From positions 1 to 32,829 of the forward strand of contig JAHLWS010000066.1 of the NCBI GenBank assembly GCA_019057795.1: DNA of 32,829 nucleotides, written 5' to 3'. The notes beneath the pieces are model-generated. The model did no database searches. It was not told the DNA's origin and was given only the letters and a program-made list of their open reading frames with translations. Shown here piece by piece: positions 9,501 through 17,739 of the stretch; the stretch's first letter is position 1, and each line of letters starts with the position of its first letter. The translations under genes were made by a program, and so were the position numbers. The DNA comes from Promethearchaeota archaeon. GTDB taxonomy: Archaea > Asgardarchaeota > Lokiarchaeia > Sigyniarchaeales > SOKP01.

Positions 9501-12500
9501 ACAATTCTCCAAAGCTTACTCTTTTTGTCCATAATTCAGAGGATTGTAGAGATTTTATCTTATTAAACCAATCAGTTAATCTTAAAGGATATTTCTCAAC
9601 AATTACCTGTGTTAATTTATATAAGCTAGTTTTTAATTCATTACGACTGACTCGAATAAGATTCCAAATATCTTCTCTTCTTGCAGGTTTTATATTTGAA
9701 AGATAATCAAGAGCTTCTATGGCTAAATTAAAAACATCATCATCACTATTTCTTAAATAATATCCATAGAATTCTCCTGCTTTAATTAAATATAATAAGT
9801 AATTATGCCACCATGATGGATTGGATTCTAAATATAACTGCAAATTCTTATGGTGTTTCCTTTTATTAATATAACCTAGTGTCCACAGTTTTCTACGATA
9901 TTTTTCTAAACCTCTATCTGAATATTTAACTTGTCTTGAAATTAAAAGATCATTTACATCAGGAATTATAAATTCATTTTCTATTTCGCTGATTGGAAAT
10001 TTTGTAAGTGCTTTATAAAAGATAATCTGAGAATTTAATTTATCTTTATAATTTGACGCATATTCTTGAAGCTCTTCTTTTAATAATTCCAATTTTTCGT
10101 TTTTAGCTAAGCTTTTGATTATATAGATTTGAATTATTTCATTTAGAGAATCCATATCAATATTTTTAATTGTATTCCAATACGGTTTATCATGGAATTT
10201 TATTAAATAATTTATGTATGCTTCAATATGTGGAAAGGAATTCTCAGGATTTTCCATTAACTTCTCTTCTATAAAACTTGGGTTAATTTTACACGCTCTC
10301 AAATAGAGAAGTTCATTATTAACAGAATATGAATGTATTCCTAAACATTTACAGTACTTGAGAAATACTTCTACATTTTCAAACTTCCTAAAAGAAATTG
10401 TTTCGTTGAAGATTTGAAATAGTTCATAGCTTAGATCATCAAAACCTTGTTTTGCTAATTGAATTATAATACTTAAAGCTAAACCCTTATTGATAAGCCA
10501 TTTGTTATGATTTATTGAATATGTATATTTTAATACTTTTTCATGATCGCCCAAAGTTAACAATACTTTTGATAATAAGTTCCAATTCATATGATATTCG
10601 ACTCTTTGTTGAGTGATATTTTTAAGAGAGGCAAGGCGACTTAAAGATATTAAATCTTTTTTATCTTTTGCTGATTTTATCGCCCAAGTAATTGCGTTTT
10701 CGATATCTTCCTCGGATCTATAATTATATAAAGCTGTATCTATTAAGTCACTTGTTACCTTTTCTAATATATAATCATAATCATCAACTTGATAAGCATA
10801 TTCAAACACATAGCTAAACCATTCATCACTATATTCCAGCGTTTTAAGATGATTTGTAATATCAAGATTAATTGCTTTCAAATACTGATTATCAAATTGA
10901 GAAATGACATATTCTCTGAAGCTATTGTGAAATATTGAAACGAAATCATTATTGTCTTTAACAAGATGCTTAATTAGCTTAAAGCAATCTTGAAATACAG
11001 GTAGTGCAAGAATCTTTTGAAAATTGATTAGTTCATCTTTTTTAACTTGAAACCTTAGACAAGCTAATACACCACATAAATGTCTTACATTTCCTTTCCC
11101 AAATTGTTGAAATTCATCCCATAAATAATCATAATAAGATTTTATTTCACCATTCTCTATAGACGTTAGATTACTTGCAACTTCCTCAAAGTCTTGATAA
11201 TCTTTCATTAATTCTGAAATATAACGTAGATAAATTGGTAATCCTTCACTTATTTTAAATATTTTGTGAACTTGCTCTTCGAATAATATATTTTCACCTA
11301 ATTTTTTTTTAAGATAGGTTAGAGTTTCATTAAAATCAAAGAGAGGGAGGACAATCGATTGTTCAGGATTATCTTTTATAATTTGTAAAAATATAGGCCA
11401 TTTATGTAATTCCTGTGTTCCTACGATAAAAATGATTCCTTTAGGAATACTTCTTGGAAGGGTATTTAATAGACTTTCTTGAACTTCAACTGCCATTTTT
11501 TCAGCGTGATCAAGACCATCCAAAAAAATAACTAACTTTTTTTCATTCTCTTCAAAATGATTTCCAATTTCTAATAGAATATGATTAAAATTATGCTCGG
11601 AATAATCATAACGTCTATCTAGAATTTCAGAATAGTTGACTTGAATTTGATTTAATAGATTTATTCTTAAAGTTTTTGCTTGTATTCTTAAATTTTGAAA
11701 ATTATCATTGATGTCAACAAAACAATAGTACTTAATAACTTCATATTCAGCTAAATCTCTTAAAATATCTAAATATTGGGTTAAACTTGTAGATTTACCA
11801 CTTCCTGGTAGCCCAGTTATTATTATATAATCTCCATTGATATTTTGAATAGCCTTTTCAAGCTTCTTATTAAATAATTCACGTTGAACATAAAATTCTT
11901 CATTAATCTCAAAGACTTGATGTAATAAATACTTGGTTGTTTCTTTTTCAAAAATTTCTCTAAAGAAATTAGAATTTATTGAATTTCGACTATAAATAGC
12001 ATAATTTTCAAACTCAATTTTTAAAATATTATAAACAGAATTATCATATATACCAAGTCGTGTGTTAAGTAAATTTTCTTGTATATATTGGTTTAATTCT
12101 GGAATATTTTTTTCCTTAAAATGAAACTGAAAGCTTTTTAAAAATTCTTTAAACTCTGCTTCATTTAATTCTGAAGATTCTTTTAATTTATTACGGTTCT
12201 CACGAGCTTTCTTACGTTTTTTATTTTCAATAAATTGTTCAGTGAAAGTTCCATCATTATTAATAATTTCATTGATTTCTTCATCAACTGAATGATTAGT
12301 TAAAAGAAATGTATAAATTTCTTTTTCAGGATGATTTTCCTTAAAGCTTTTCCAACCCTCTGCAAACTTCTTGATAAACACCCGTTTCTTATTAGGGTCT
12401 TCTTCATCTATAAAATCAATTATCTTGTAAGATGCATGTGGATCAACTGAATACTTAATCTGATATGCAAGAATTTGATTATCAATAAAAATAACAACAT

Positions 12501-12660
12501 CATCTAAATTTCCTTTACTATCATATTCCATATACAGGTTAAAATCTTGATTTTCAATGTATAATTCTAATGCTAAACGAAGTGCCATTATGTCTTGATA
12601 TTGATCTCCCTTCCTTCTTGAACTGCTTCTTTTTGGATTATTAGAGCTAAGATTTATCAT
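6583..12660 (-). CDS. Avs/AVAST-like antiviral STAND NTPase with N-terminal Cap4-like PD-(D/E)XK nuclease
   Basis: 2025 aa; GDQYQD...E...LDDV...YQIK nuclease motif; Walker A GLPGSGKST; Walker B VIFLDGLDH; GLPIY and FHNSFREY motifs; long helical sensor region. Confidence 0.85.
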   Translation of the reverse strand: MINLSSNNPKRSSSRRKGDQYQDIMALRLALELYIENQDFNLYMEYDSKGNLDDVVIFIDNQILAYQIKYSVDPHASYKIIDFIDEEDPNKKRVFIKKFAEGWKSFKENHPEKEIYTFLLTNHSVDEEINEIINNDGTFTEQFIENKKRKKARENRNKLKESSELNEAEFKEFLKSFQFHFKEKNIPELNQYIQENLLNTRLGIYDNSVYNILKIEFENYAIYSRNSINSNFFREIFEKETTKYLLHQVFEINEEFYVQRELFNKKLEKAIQNINGDYIIITGLPGSGKSTSLTQYLDILRDLAEYEVIKYYCFVDINDNFQNLRIQAKTLRINLLNQIQVNYSEILDRRYDYSEHNFNHILLEIGNHFEENEKKLVIFLDGLDHAEKMAVEVQESLLNTLPRSIPKGIIFIVGTQELHKWPIFLQIIKDNPEQSIVLPLFDFNETLTYLKKKLGENILFEEQVHKIFKISEGLPIYLRYISELMKDYQDFEEVASNLTSIENGEIKSYYDYLWDEFQQFGKGNVRHLCGVLACLRFQVKKDELINFQKILALPVFQDCFKLIKHLVKDNNDFVSIFHNSFREYVISQFDNQYLKAINLDITNHLKTLEYSDEWFSYVFEYAYQVDDYDYILEKVTSDLIDTALYNYRSEEDIENAITWAIKSAKDKKDLISLSRLASLKNITQQRVEYHMNWNLLSKVLLTLGDHEKVLKYTYSINHNKWLINKGLALSIIIQLAKQGFDDLSYELFQIFNETISFRKFENVEVFLKYCKCLGIHSYSVNNELLYLRACKINPSFIEEKLMENPENSFPHIEAYINYLIKFHDKPYWNTIKNIDMDSLNEIIQIYIIKSLAKNEKLELLKEELQEYASNYKDKLNSQIIFYKALTKFPISEIENEFIIPDVNDLLISRQVKYSDRGLEKYRRKLWTLGYINKRKHHKNLQLYLESNPSWWHNYLLYLIKAGEFYGYYLRNSDDDVFNLAIEALDYLSNIKPARREDIWNLIRVSRNELKTSLYKLTQVIVEKYPLRLTDWFNKIKSLQSSELWTKRVSFGELWDNYVFELLIYKKLSRISLIKRNIIDFLDYSEEKILQSTMIKGGNRVEHFFLLALISAYCGFKDKTKEWLKIGIKSTLIYGYRKDMTLYQLIRIMSKLNKYDSEQSLSRCAELIELVDWMPHLTDGKETRHFPYYIFREITKIDFNIALEVLKIYAKNKSRWQMQDCLEYLINKLNYGNPEILWALTELFTNEYSEDGRYSKQIFNSKQKIIELIEKGGDSGIVENFKDRLLLFVKTTINPKDWQKLDFKYFNIEYQEEKDLVSTTQEEDNIREYILNGEKVSEEEIKNKLQESFENYKKIINALKIENENFYITSEFSNILKNFILRTVEVEKLRDITDFINNNVGISLQEELAEKFYELGEISYALDHYEKAYLDHFGFFDWNPSDNLFLEIIKNHDVDRAKSLVIKKIYNILKKYTGFQVPVLIVNALDIFEDIESIQKIYEDYYIHTKSLFYHLPSIDDYEWIKTIKIEEMDFDQIALDLLTDGLKTIEIDLYRRLLDSYRWLCLKQPQLLIPYIFSKLSTSTGLLKERLIQIIYMISFELAVQLHPFIEQLEQELMIASFSIKMMLIKILKNIQKKIENDEEILEKIENLKYKTTTNEEIVEINIPNISPSIQFTSFLYRNINLIKKIEACCNVLNINENHFIHLLEENLLRQNWNIQEEEKRLNLDWKGNVHAQGFTYVPILTHFDYKILKNINKIINNLLEKNPVSDKQLKSLWRILQSVDFEYSFSKIKPRPIDIEKPVIENKVSWFDQLKKLDGTIKMISNPDEWITIFEFRCYETEEGLSERYKTHLQQDSILIRKDSSSAKEIEISMDLINQNENITIRQARNYIQKDIFKIKEDHHSLPILIKKANKYPFFGYRGIISLPKYIIDHYNLNFDNSFNFFRNGSIVAKFEEWQEGYVSNSYSRNLRFYGLRFLINHKLLKQILRDYNVYLSKRFLEARLFFKSIFDRNETEKEIGVYFERII

Positions 12661-12869
12661 CTTTTTTTATCTTTTTAAAATGTTATTTTTCTTGTTTTTA
12701 ATATGAGTAAAGATAGATATAAAATGTTCTTCAAATAGAATGGAAGATAAGAAAAAAATAATTTTTCAAATTGATTATATTACTAAATCTTTGAAAATAA
12801 TCTTAAAGTACTATTCTATACCTAGCATTTTTACTCATTTTAGCAATAATTTTTCTTTGGTTTTTAGCC

Positions 12870-13145
12870 TTATTTTTTCTTTGATTTGCAAAAATTATTC
12901 TTTGTTACATTTACATATTTAAATAATTTTTCTCGTTTTCTTGCTTCCCACTCTTTTCTTTTCCCAGGATTATACATATTAACAACACTGTAATATCCCG
13001 TAACTCTTGAATATACTTTCGTATCTTCAGAATAACATTGAGGACATGTAAATTGACTTCCTCGATACACCTTACGACAGGATGGACAATATACAAAATC
13101 TGTAGTATATGCAAAATATCCAGTATTTTTACTCTTTCTTTTCAA
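12870..13145 (-). pseudogene. nrdD: C-terminal fragment (Zn finger plus glycyl-radical loop) of anaerobic ribonucleotide reductase
   Basis: CPSC...CPQC...YSRVTGYY....NPGKRKE..AR is the NrdD C-terminus; TTG start only, upstream frame closed; could instead be an intact small gene. Confidence 0.75.
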
Positions 13146-13704
13146 ACTTCAAATCTAACTTAGCGACAGATTAAAATTCAAAAGACTTGTTTAGGGCGAA
13201 TTTTATCTTTCTTTGAAATAACAATTATTTCGCGAGTATTTAAATCTTTTTACTTAATCGATTTAATATAACTCCGGAATTTTTCCTTCTTAAATTAATT
13301 GCTTTTTATTTCAGAGGGCAAAAAACTACCTCCTGAAACGAGCAAGATTTATTTTTCTTTTTTTAGAACCATTAGCATTTATATCTAATAAAATAATAGA
13401 TAATATTGACTATATTGACGAACAACGGTAATTTACTGGTGAAATCGAGTTAAATTCACAACAAATCTTAGAGAAATTTGAGTATCGTCACACTAAAGAA
13501 TTGAAAATAAAATTTGAGTGTTAAAAACTTTTGGATGTGGGATCGTTTTGAAATTGTGCGCAACCTCTTTTTATAATCTTGCTTAAAATTGTCGATTATA
13601 ATTTTGCAAGAATCTGGTCCAGCTCCAATATTTTCTATAAGATATAATTTATAATTGTTCGAAAATATGAAGATTAACTTTTTTGATAAAGAATTAAGAA
13701 CAAA

Positions 13705-14037
13705 TTAGAAAAAATGAATTTGCTTATTCAAGTATTTATCTAGCGAACCATCTTTCAAAAAATAATCTTTCCAATCGTCTTTCGGTCCAATCAATAAGTA
13801 AAAGTTTATCTCAGGTTCAAGTTTAATTTTAGCGTTTTCAAAACTTTTTTTAAATTCTAACACTTGGTCTTCTTTTGCATTTTTCTTAGTAGTCTCCCAT
13901 ACAACATAACAAAAGAAATATAACTTAGTCTCAATACCATATTCTTTCATAAAAAATTTGTAATTTTCATACCCGCTTCTTAAAGCTTCAAAATCGCGTT
14001 TAATTGTAGTATAATTAATGGTTTCCCTTGGAGGCAT
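13705..14037 (-). CDS. Hypothetical protein, probably the 5'-truncated half of a PD-(D/E)XK nuclease
   Basis: The frame stays open upstream of the ATG and reads ...HLIELK-MPPRE before running into an AT-rich repeat tract. Confidence 0.4.
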   Translation of the reverse strand: MPPRETINYTTIKRDFEALRSGYENYKFFMKEYGIETKLYFFCYVVWETTKKNAKEDQVLEFKKSFENAKIKLEPEINFYLLIGPKDDWKDYFLKDGSLDKYLNKQIHFF

Positions 14038-14100
14038 TTTAAGTTCGATTAGATGCGAACAAAAAGTGGCTCTTTTTGGAGTGTCTTTCTCACTTTTTTT

Positions 14101-14153
14101 TTCTTATTATTTTTTCTTATTCTTATTCATTTCTTATTATTCTTATTATTATT
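14101..14153. repeat. Degenerate TTCTTATT(A) short tandem repeat tract
   Basis: ttcttattat/ttcttat/tcttattcat/ttcttattat/tcttattatt seen directly. Confidence 0.6.
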
Positions 14154-14251
14154 AAAACCAATAAATTTGAGTCTAAAATTGAAAAAAAGTTAACTCCCAA
14201 GCGTTCGATATAAAAAGGAAAAATTCCGATATTTCGGTAAACCAGCTAAGT

Positions 14252-14266
14252 GGAAAGGTTTAAATA
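14252..14266 (+). promoter_or_regulatory. Archaeal BRE + TATA box
   Basis: GGAAAGG-TTTAAATA, ending about 20 nt before the structured region. Confidence 0.55.
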
Positions 14267-14284
14267 TTTGCAAGAAAAAATAGA

Positions 14285-14604
14285 TATTGTAATTGTATAA
14301 AAAGATAAAATCTTTGAAGTTTTGTCCGATCTCAATTTAAATTGTGCTCGGAAAAAAAAGAAATAAAATAGGTAAATCAAACCATGGCTCCTGTCATCAC
14401 TCTGGATTTTTGTCTTTTGGTAGCGTGTAATACACGCTCATTTCGCTTTTCTTCTCCTATTTTATTTCTGACCTTATCGTTAGGTCGAGGTGACAGGGAC
14501 CATCTTTTCTTTCTGAAGCTTATTTGAATAAAAAAAGGCTAGCGATTTTCAAATTATATTGTAGGAGCTGAACCACTTGATTTTAAGGCTATTTTATTAC
14601 AATA
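14285..14604 (+). ncRNA. Candidate ~320-nt structured non-coding RNA of unknown family
   Basis: 9-bp terminal stem (14285-93/14596-604), 15-bp stem with 2 G-U pairs (14384-98/14489-503), 14-bp perfect stem (14359-72/14456-69), hairpins 14301-15, 14325-52, 14422-38, 14470-86; TATA upstream and T-run downstream. Confidence 0.55.
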
Positions 14605-14611
14605 ATTTTTC

Positions 14612-14619
14612 TTTATATA
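14612..14619 (+). promoter_or_regulatory. Putative TATA box for the 14682 gene
   Basis: TTTATATA about 63 nt upstream of the ATG. Confidence 0.35.
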
Positions 14620-14681
14620 GCCAAGTTTAGACTATTGGGTAATTAATTTAATTTCAACGATCAGTATGAATTAAATGAATC

Positions 14682-15224
14682 ATGGTAGAATATCACAACA
14701 AAGCCTTTTTTGGATCGAAAGTGGGGATGTTTTTCGATAGCGGTTCCTGGACTAGTCCGTTTTTTTATCTTAAATTTATCAAGAAACGAGACAACGACAC
14801 GTGGGAAAAACCCTCGTTAAGAGAAGGCAAGTCCATAAAGTTTTCTTTAGAAGACGCGGCGCTTATACTAAGGGTATTGAACCGAGAAGTATTAAACTGG
14901 AACACGGTTCACGTGTATAAAGAAAATAAAACGCACATCTCATTTCAATGGGAGAAAGGTAACAAAGAGCGCCTTCACGTTAACGGAGGCGAATACCACA
15001 AAATGTTAAACTACGCCGAGATAATAGTATTTGAATCGCTGTTGGAGCACGTATTTGGCGAGAAGATCACCCATTCGACCGTTACTTCCAAAAATGGAAG
15101 TTTTAAGAAGTCAGTTGGCGTCCAATCCGAAGAAGAAAAACCCGAATTAATGGTTACCGAAGAAATAATAAGAAACACTCGACCTGAAAGTCAACCTATT
15201 GTTTTTAAACAAAAACACAAATAA
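14682..15224 (+). CDS. Hypothetical protein, possible Whirly-like ssDNA/RNA-binding fold
   Basis: Duplicated beta-sheet plus helix pattern: YLKFIK..WEK...IKFSLED..LIL / KTHISF...HVN...KMLNYAE..VFESLL; disordered tail. Confidence 0.55.
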   Translation: MVEYHNKAFFGSKVGMFFDSGSWTSPFFYLKFIKKRDNDTWEKPSLREGKSIKFSLEDAALILRVLNREVLNWNTVHVYKENKTHISFQWEKGNKERLHVNGGEYHKMLNYAEIIVFESLLEHVFGEKITHSTVTSKNGSFKKSVGVQSEEEKPELMVTEEIIRNTRPESQPIVFKQKHK

Positions 15225-15275
15225 GACAAATAAGTTAAAATTCAAATACAATTGAGTTTTATATGACACTATATC

Positions 15276-16259
15276 ATGAAGATTAAATTTCAGTTTAACG
15301 CTAGATCAAGCGGTCAAGGCGTCCCAGAAGCGTTAACCTTAGCGAAAAAATATGGTGGAGTCTTAGACAACAAATTCTACGCGATCGAATTTGACGACCC
15401 TCGTGATAAAAACCTAGGAAGATTATTTAATCTCGTCGGAAATTTGAAAGGATCCGTAATTCTTATAGACGATGGCGAGCCTGTTAACGCGGTTAAGTTT
15501 TTCTACGCGGTTAATTGTCAAGATAAGTTATTATGTAAAGGTGCGTGTAAACATCTCCAATTAGAGTATTATTCTGTTGATCAATTTGCTCTCGCTCACT
15601 CTTCTGATATCAAAGGCGAAGTTTTAAAGACTTCGGATAAGAACTTATTCCGATCCCTCTCTGATTATTTAGAACCAATTAGCGATACTGAATTTAAATT
15701 TAACAAGCAATTGTTTCTAGAACACGCAGATATAGAATTGGTCATGGAGAGGCAATTTTGCGAAAAATTTGACTTTACTAAATTCACAGATTACGTTAAC
15801 GGGCTACCTTCAGAGATAGAACTAATAAGTCCAGAGGAGCCTATAGATTCTTACGAAGAAAGATACGAAGAAGACCAAGGTATCGCGTATATTCTTCCAG
15901 AATGCGACATTGATAACAAGCTCCCGTTAGAAGCCATCCTTCGTTGTGCAAAAGCTAGCTCGCTTTTATCTCGTTTTACTAAACCAAGTAGAATAGCCGA
16001 CTCAGACGTGACGGTATATTCTTTTCCAGAGTTAAATAAGATTATATTTGTAAAGTTAATTGTCAACGAAGTCGAATCCTACTCTGACGAGACCAATGGT
16101 GATAACGAAAAAGACGGAGAAGACGGAGAAACTTTAATAATAACGGAAGAAGAAGGATTCTTCACCGTAAAAAGCGAATTATTTGAATTGTACTTTCAAA
16201 TTTACGACGAATCTAATCCTAATATTGAACAGAGTTTTAAAAAATTAAGAGAACTTTAA
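15276..16259 (+). CDS. Hypothetical acidic protein with Cys cluster
   Basis: 327-aa ORF; CQDKLLCKGACKH possible metal site. Confidence 0.75.
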   Translation: MKIKFQFNARSSGQGVPEALTLAKKYGGVLDNKFYAIEFDDPRDKNLGRLFNLVGNLKGSVILIDDGEPVNAVKFFYAVNCQDKLLCKGACKHLQLEYYSVDQFALAHSSDIKGEVLKTSDKNLFRSLSDYLEPISDTEFKFNKQLFLEHADIELVMERQFCEKFDFTKFTDYVNGLPSEIELISPEEPIDSYEERYEEDQGIAYILPECDIDNKLPLEAILRCAKASSLLSRFTKPSRIADSDVTVYSFPELNKIIFVKLIVNEVESYSDETNGDNEKDGEDGETLIITEEEGFFTVKSELFELYFQIYDESNPNIEQSFKKLREL

Positions 16260-16324
16260 AATTAAGTTTGAAACCAACTATTTATTCTTTCAAGTAGAGA
16301 AGGGTACCTTTTTCTTTTTAAATA

Positions 16325-17131
16325 TTAGTGATAAATCCAATTATCTAAAGTCGCGTTTTTCGCGGGTTTTCTAAGCCCTCGTTTTGGTTTTAGTTGCTTC
16401 CTCTTTACTAAGCGATTCTCAGGCAAAGATGGATGTTGGATCAACTTATATTCGGTGTAGCGTTTTTTGCCTTCGATTAAAACTAACACTTGGCCAAAGT
16501 GGTAAAGAATGTTTCCGCCTACCGGCTTAAAGTCAGAATACTCGTTTTTTGGTGCCGTAATAACTATCAACGGGTCTAATTTTTCTAAAATCCTTTTAAT
16601 CCCGCTTATAGCTCTCAGTAAATTTTCGAAAGTTCGCTGGTCGTAGTTGGGCCACAACCTCGTTATTCCCGAAATAAAAACCGCACCCACTTGCTCGAGC
16701 TCGGCTACTTTGTTTTCCAACAACTCTACCATTTGCTCGTAAGTAAAAGCTCTCGAGATCAGCACGCTCTCCAAAACTTTCGTTGGAGATAAGCCTATAC
16801 TAACCGCGAGCTTGCTAACTGTATAAGGATTGAACCTGTTGTTTCCGTCTACGATCGCTACTTTTTGTTTAAAAATCCCGTACCGACTTGATTTCTCGTT
16901 GTTAGATTGAGCGACCGCTTGGCTCTTGAAAAATTGAACCGCAGTTTCAAGTAAAATTCTAGAAGTTATTTTGCGACCCCCGCACAACAAATACACGAGG
17001 TCTTTACGGAACCCCCCGTTGAGCAACGCGTCTAAAGTAGAGTCTCCGCTCGATATTACCGGTAGCTTCCCTTTCTTTTTGTGCTCTTCGAACCCCGAAT
17101 TGTACGACTTTTTGAAATTTTTAGACGCCAC
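16325..17131 (-). CDS. Inactivated RadA/Rad51-like ATPase paralogue
   Basis: ISSGDSTLDALLNGGF...VYLLCG; VDGNNRFNPY; ISRAFTYEQM; KPVGGNILYH; Walker A lacks GKT and Walker B lacks Asp. Confidence 0.8.
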   Translation of the reverse strand: MASKNFKKSYNSGFEEHKKKGKLPVISSGDSTLDALLNGGFRKDLVYLLCGGRKITSRILLETAVQFFKSQAVAQSNNEKSSRYGIFKQKVAIVDGNNRFNPYTVSKLAVSIGLSPTKVLESVLISRAFTYEQMVELLENKVAELEQVGAVFISGITRLWPNYDQRTFENLLRAISGIKRILEKLDPLIVITAPKNEYSDFKPVGGNILYHFGQVLVLIEGKKRYTEYKLIQHPSLPENRLVKRKQLKPKRGLRKPAKNATLDNWIYH

Positions 17132-17510
17132 ATATTGAAGAAATTTTAAAGCTATAAAAAAATCGACTGACTAGCAATTTTTGATCACGACAAGATTGGA
17201 TAAGATTTTATATTTCAGTGGAATACTAGAGATTCAAAATTAAATAGTAATAAGATAGGGAAGAAATAATCGTTTTATCTCATTGGTTCTATAACAAATC
17301 ATCCAATAGTTTATTAATATTTTTTAAAACTTCTAATTTTTGAAAAGGCTCACATAAAAATATGAACAAAAACAATATTATCTACCACTTGTAAAAAAAC
17401 TAAATTGAATTAGCATGACTTTTGATGAGCTTATTAAAAATGACTATGATATGATATATTGGCATAACCCAAAGGTAATCCGACATAAAAGTAATAGTTA
17501 AAAATTCAAG

Positions 17511-17690
17511 GTGAGAATAATAAAAATATGTCCTAGATGTGGAAGAAAAAATTCATCTAAAGCTACCAATTGTAGACGGTGTAGAACTTCACTCAGTACC
17601 AATCCGATATTTAACGCTTATCGAACTTTCCATTCTACTTCTTCCAACAAATTGTTAAGGGCGTTTGGATACCAAAACCAAAGATTATAA
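17511..17690 (+). CDS. Small zinc-ribbon protein (59 aa)
   Basis: Manual translation from GTG: RIIKICPRCGRKNSSKATNCRRCRTSL...; below the ORF track cutoff. Confidence 0.5.
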   Translation: MRIIKICPRCGRKNSSKATNCRRCRTSLSTNPIFNAYRTFHSTSSNKLLRAFGYQNQRL

Positions 17691-17739
17691 TTAAACTCTT
17701 CTATATTAGAAAGAAGATACCGAGAGGGATAAGAATAAA

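Noticed and set aside
7697-9566. Small + strand ORFs inside the STAND gene, and similar antisense ORFs inside mtrA, the giant gene, LRR and LURP genes
   Set aside because: Antisense or alternate-frame shadows with no motifs
14384-14503. MITE with 15-bp terminal inverted repeats
   Set aside because: No target-site duplication, and structure extends well beyond these repeats; cannot be fully excluded
14285-14604. SRP RNA, RNase P RNA, tmRNA or box C/D identity for the structured element
   Set aside because: No SRP helix-8 motif, no GAGGAAAGUCC-type P4 motif, no tRNA-like ends; the minus-strand GUGAUGA has no matching D box
17511-17690. Ribosomal protein L40e
   Set aside because: Only the zinc ribbon resembles it; the LRPK-type C-terminus is absent and such ribbons are common in this window
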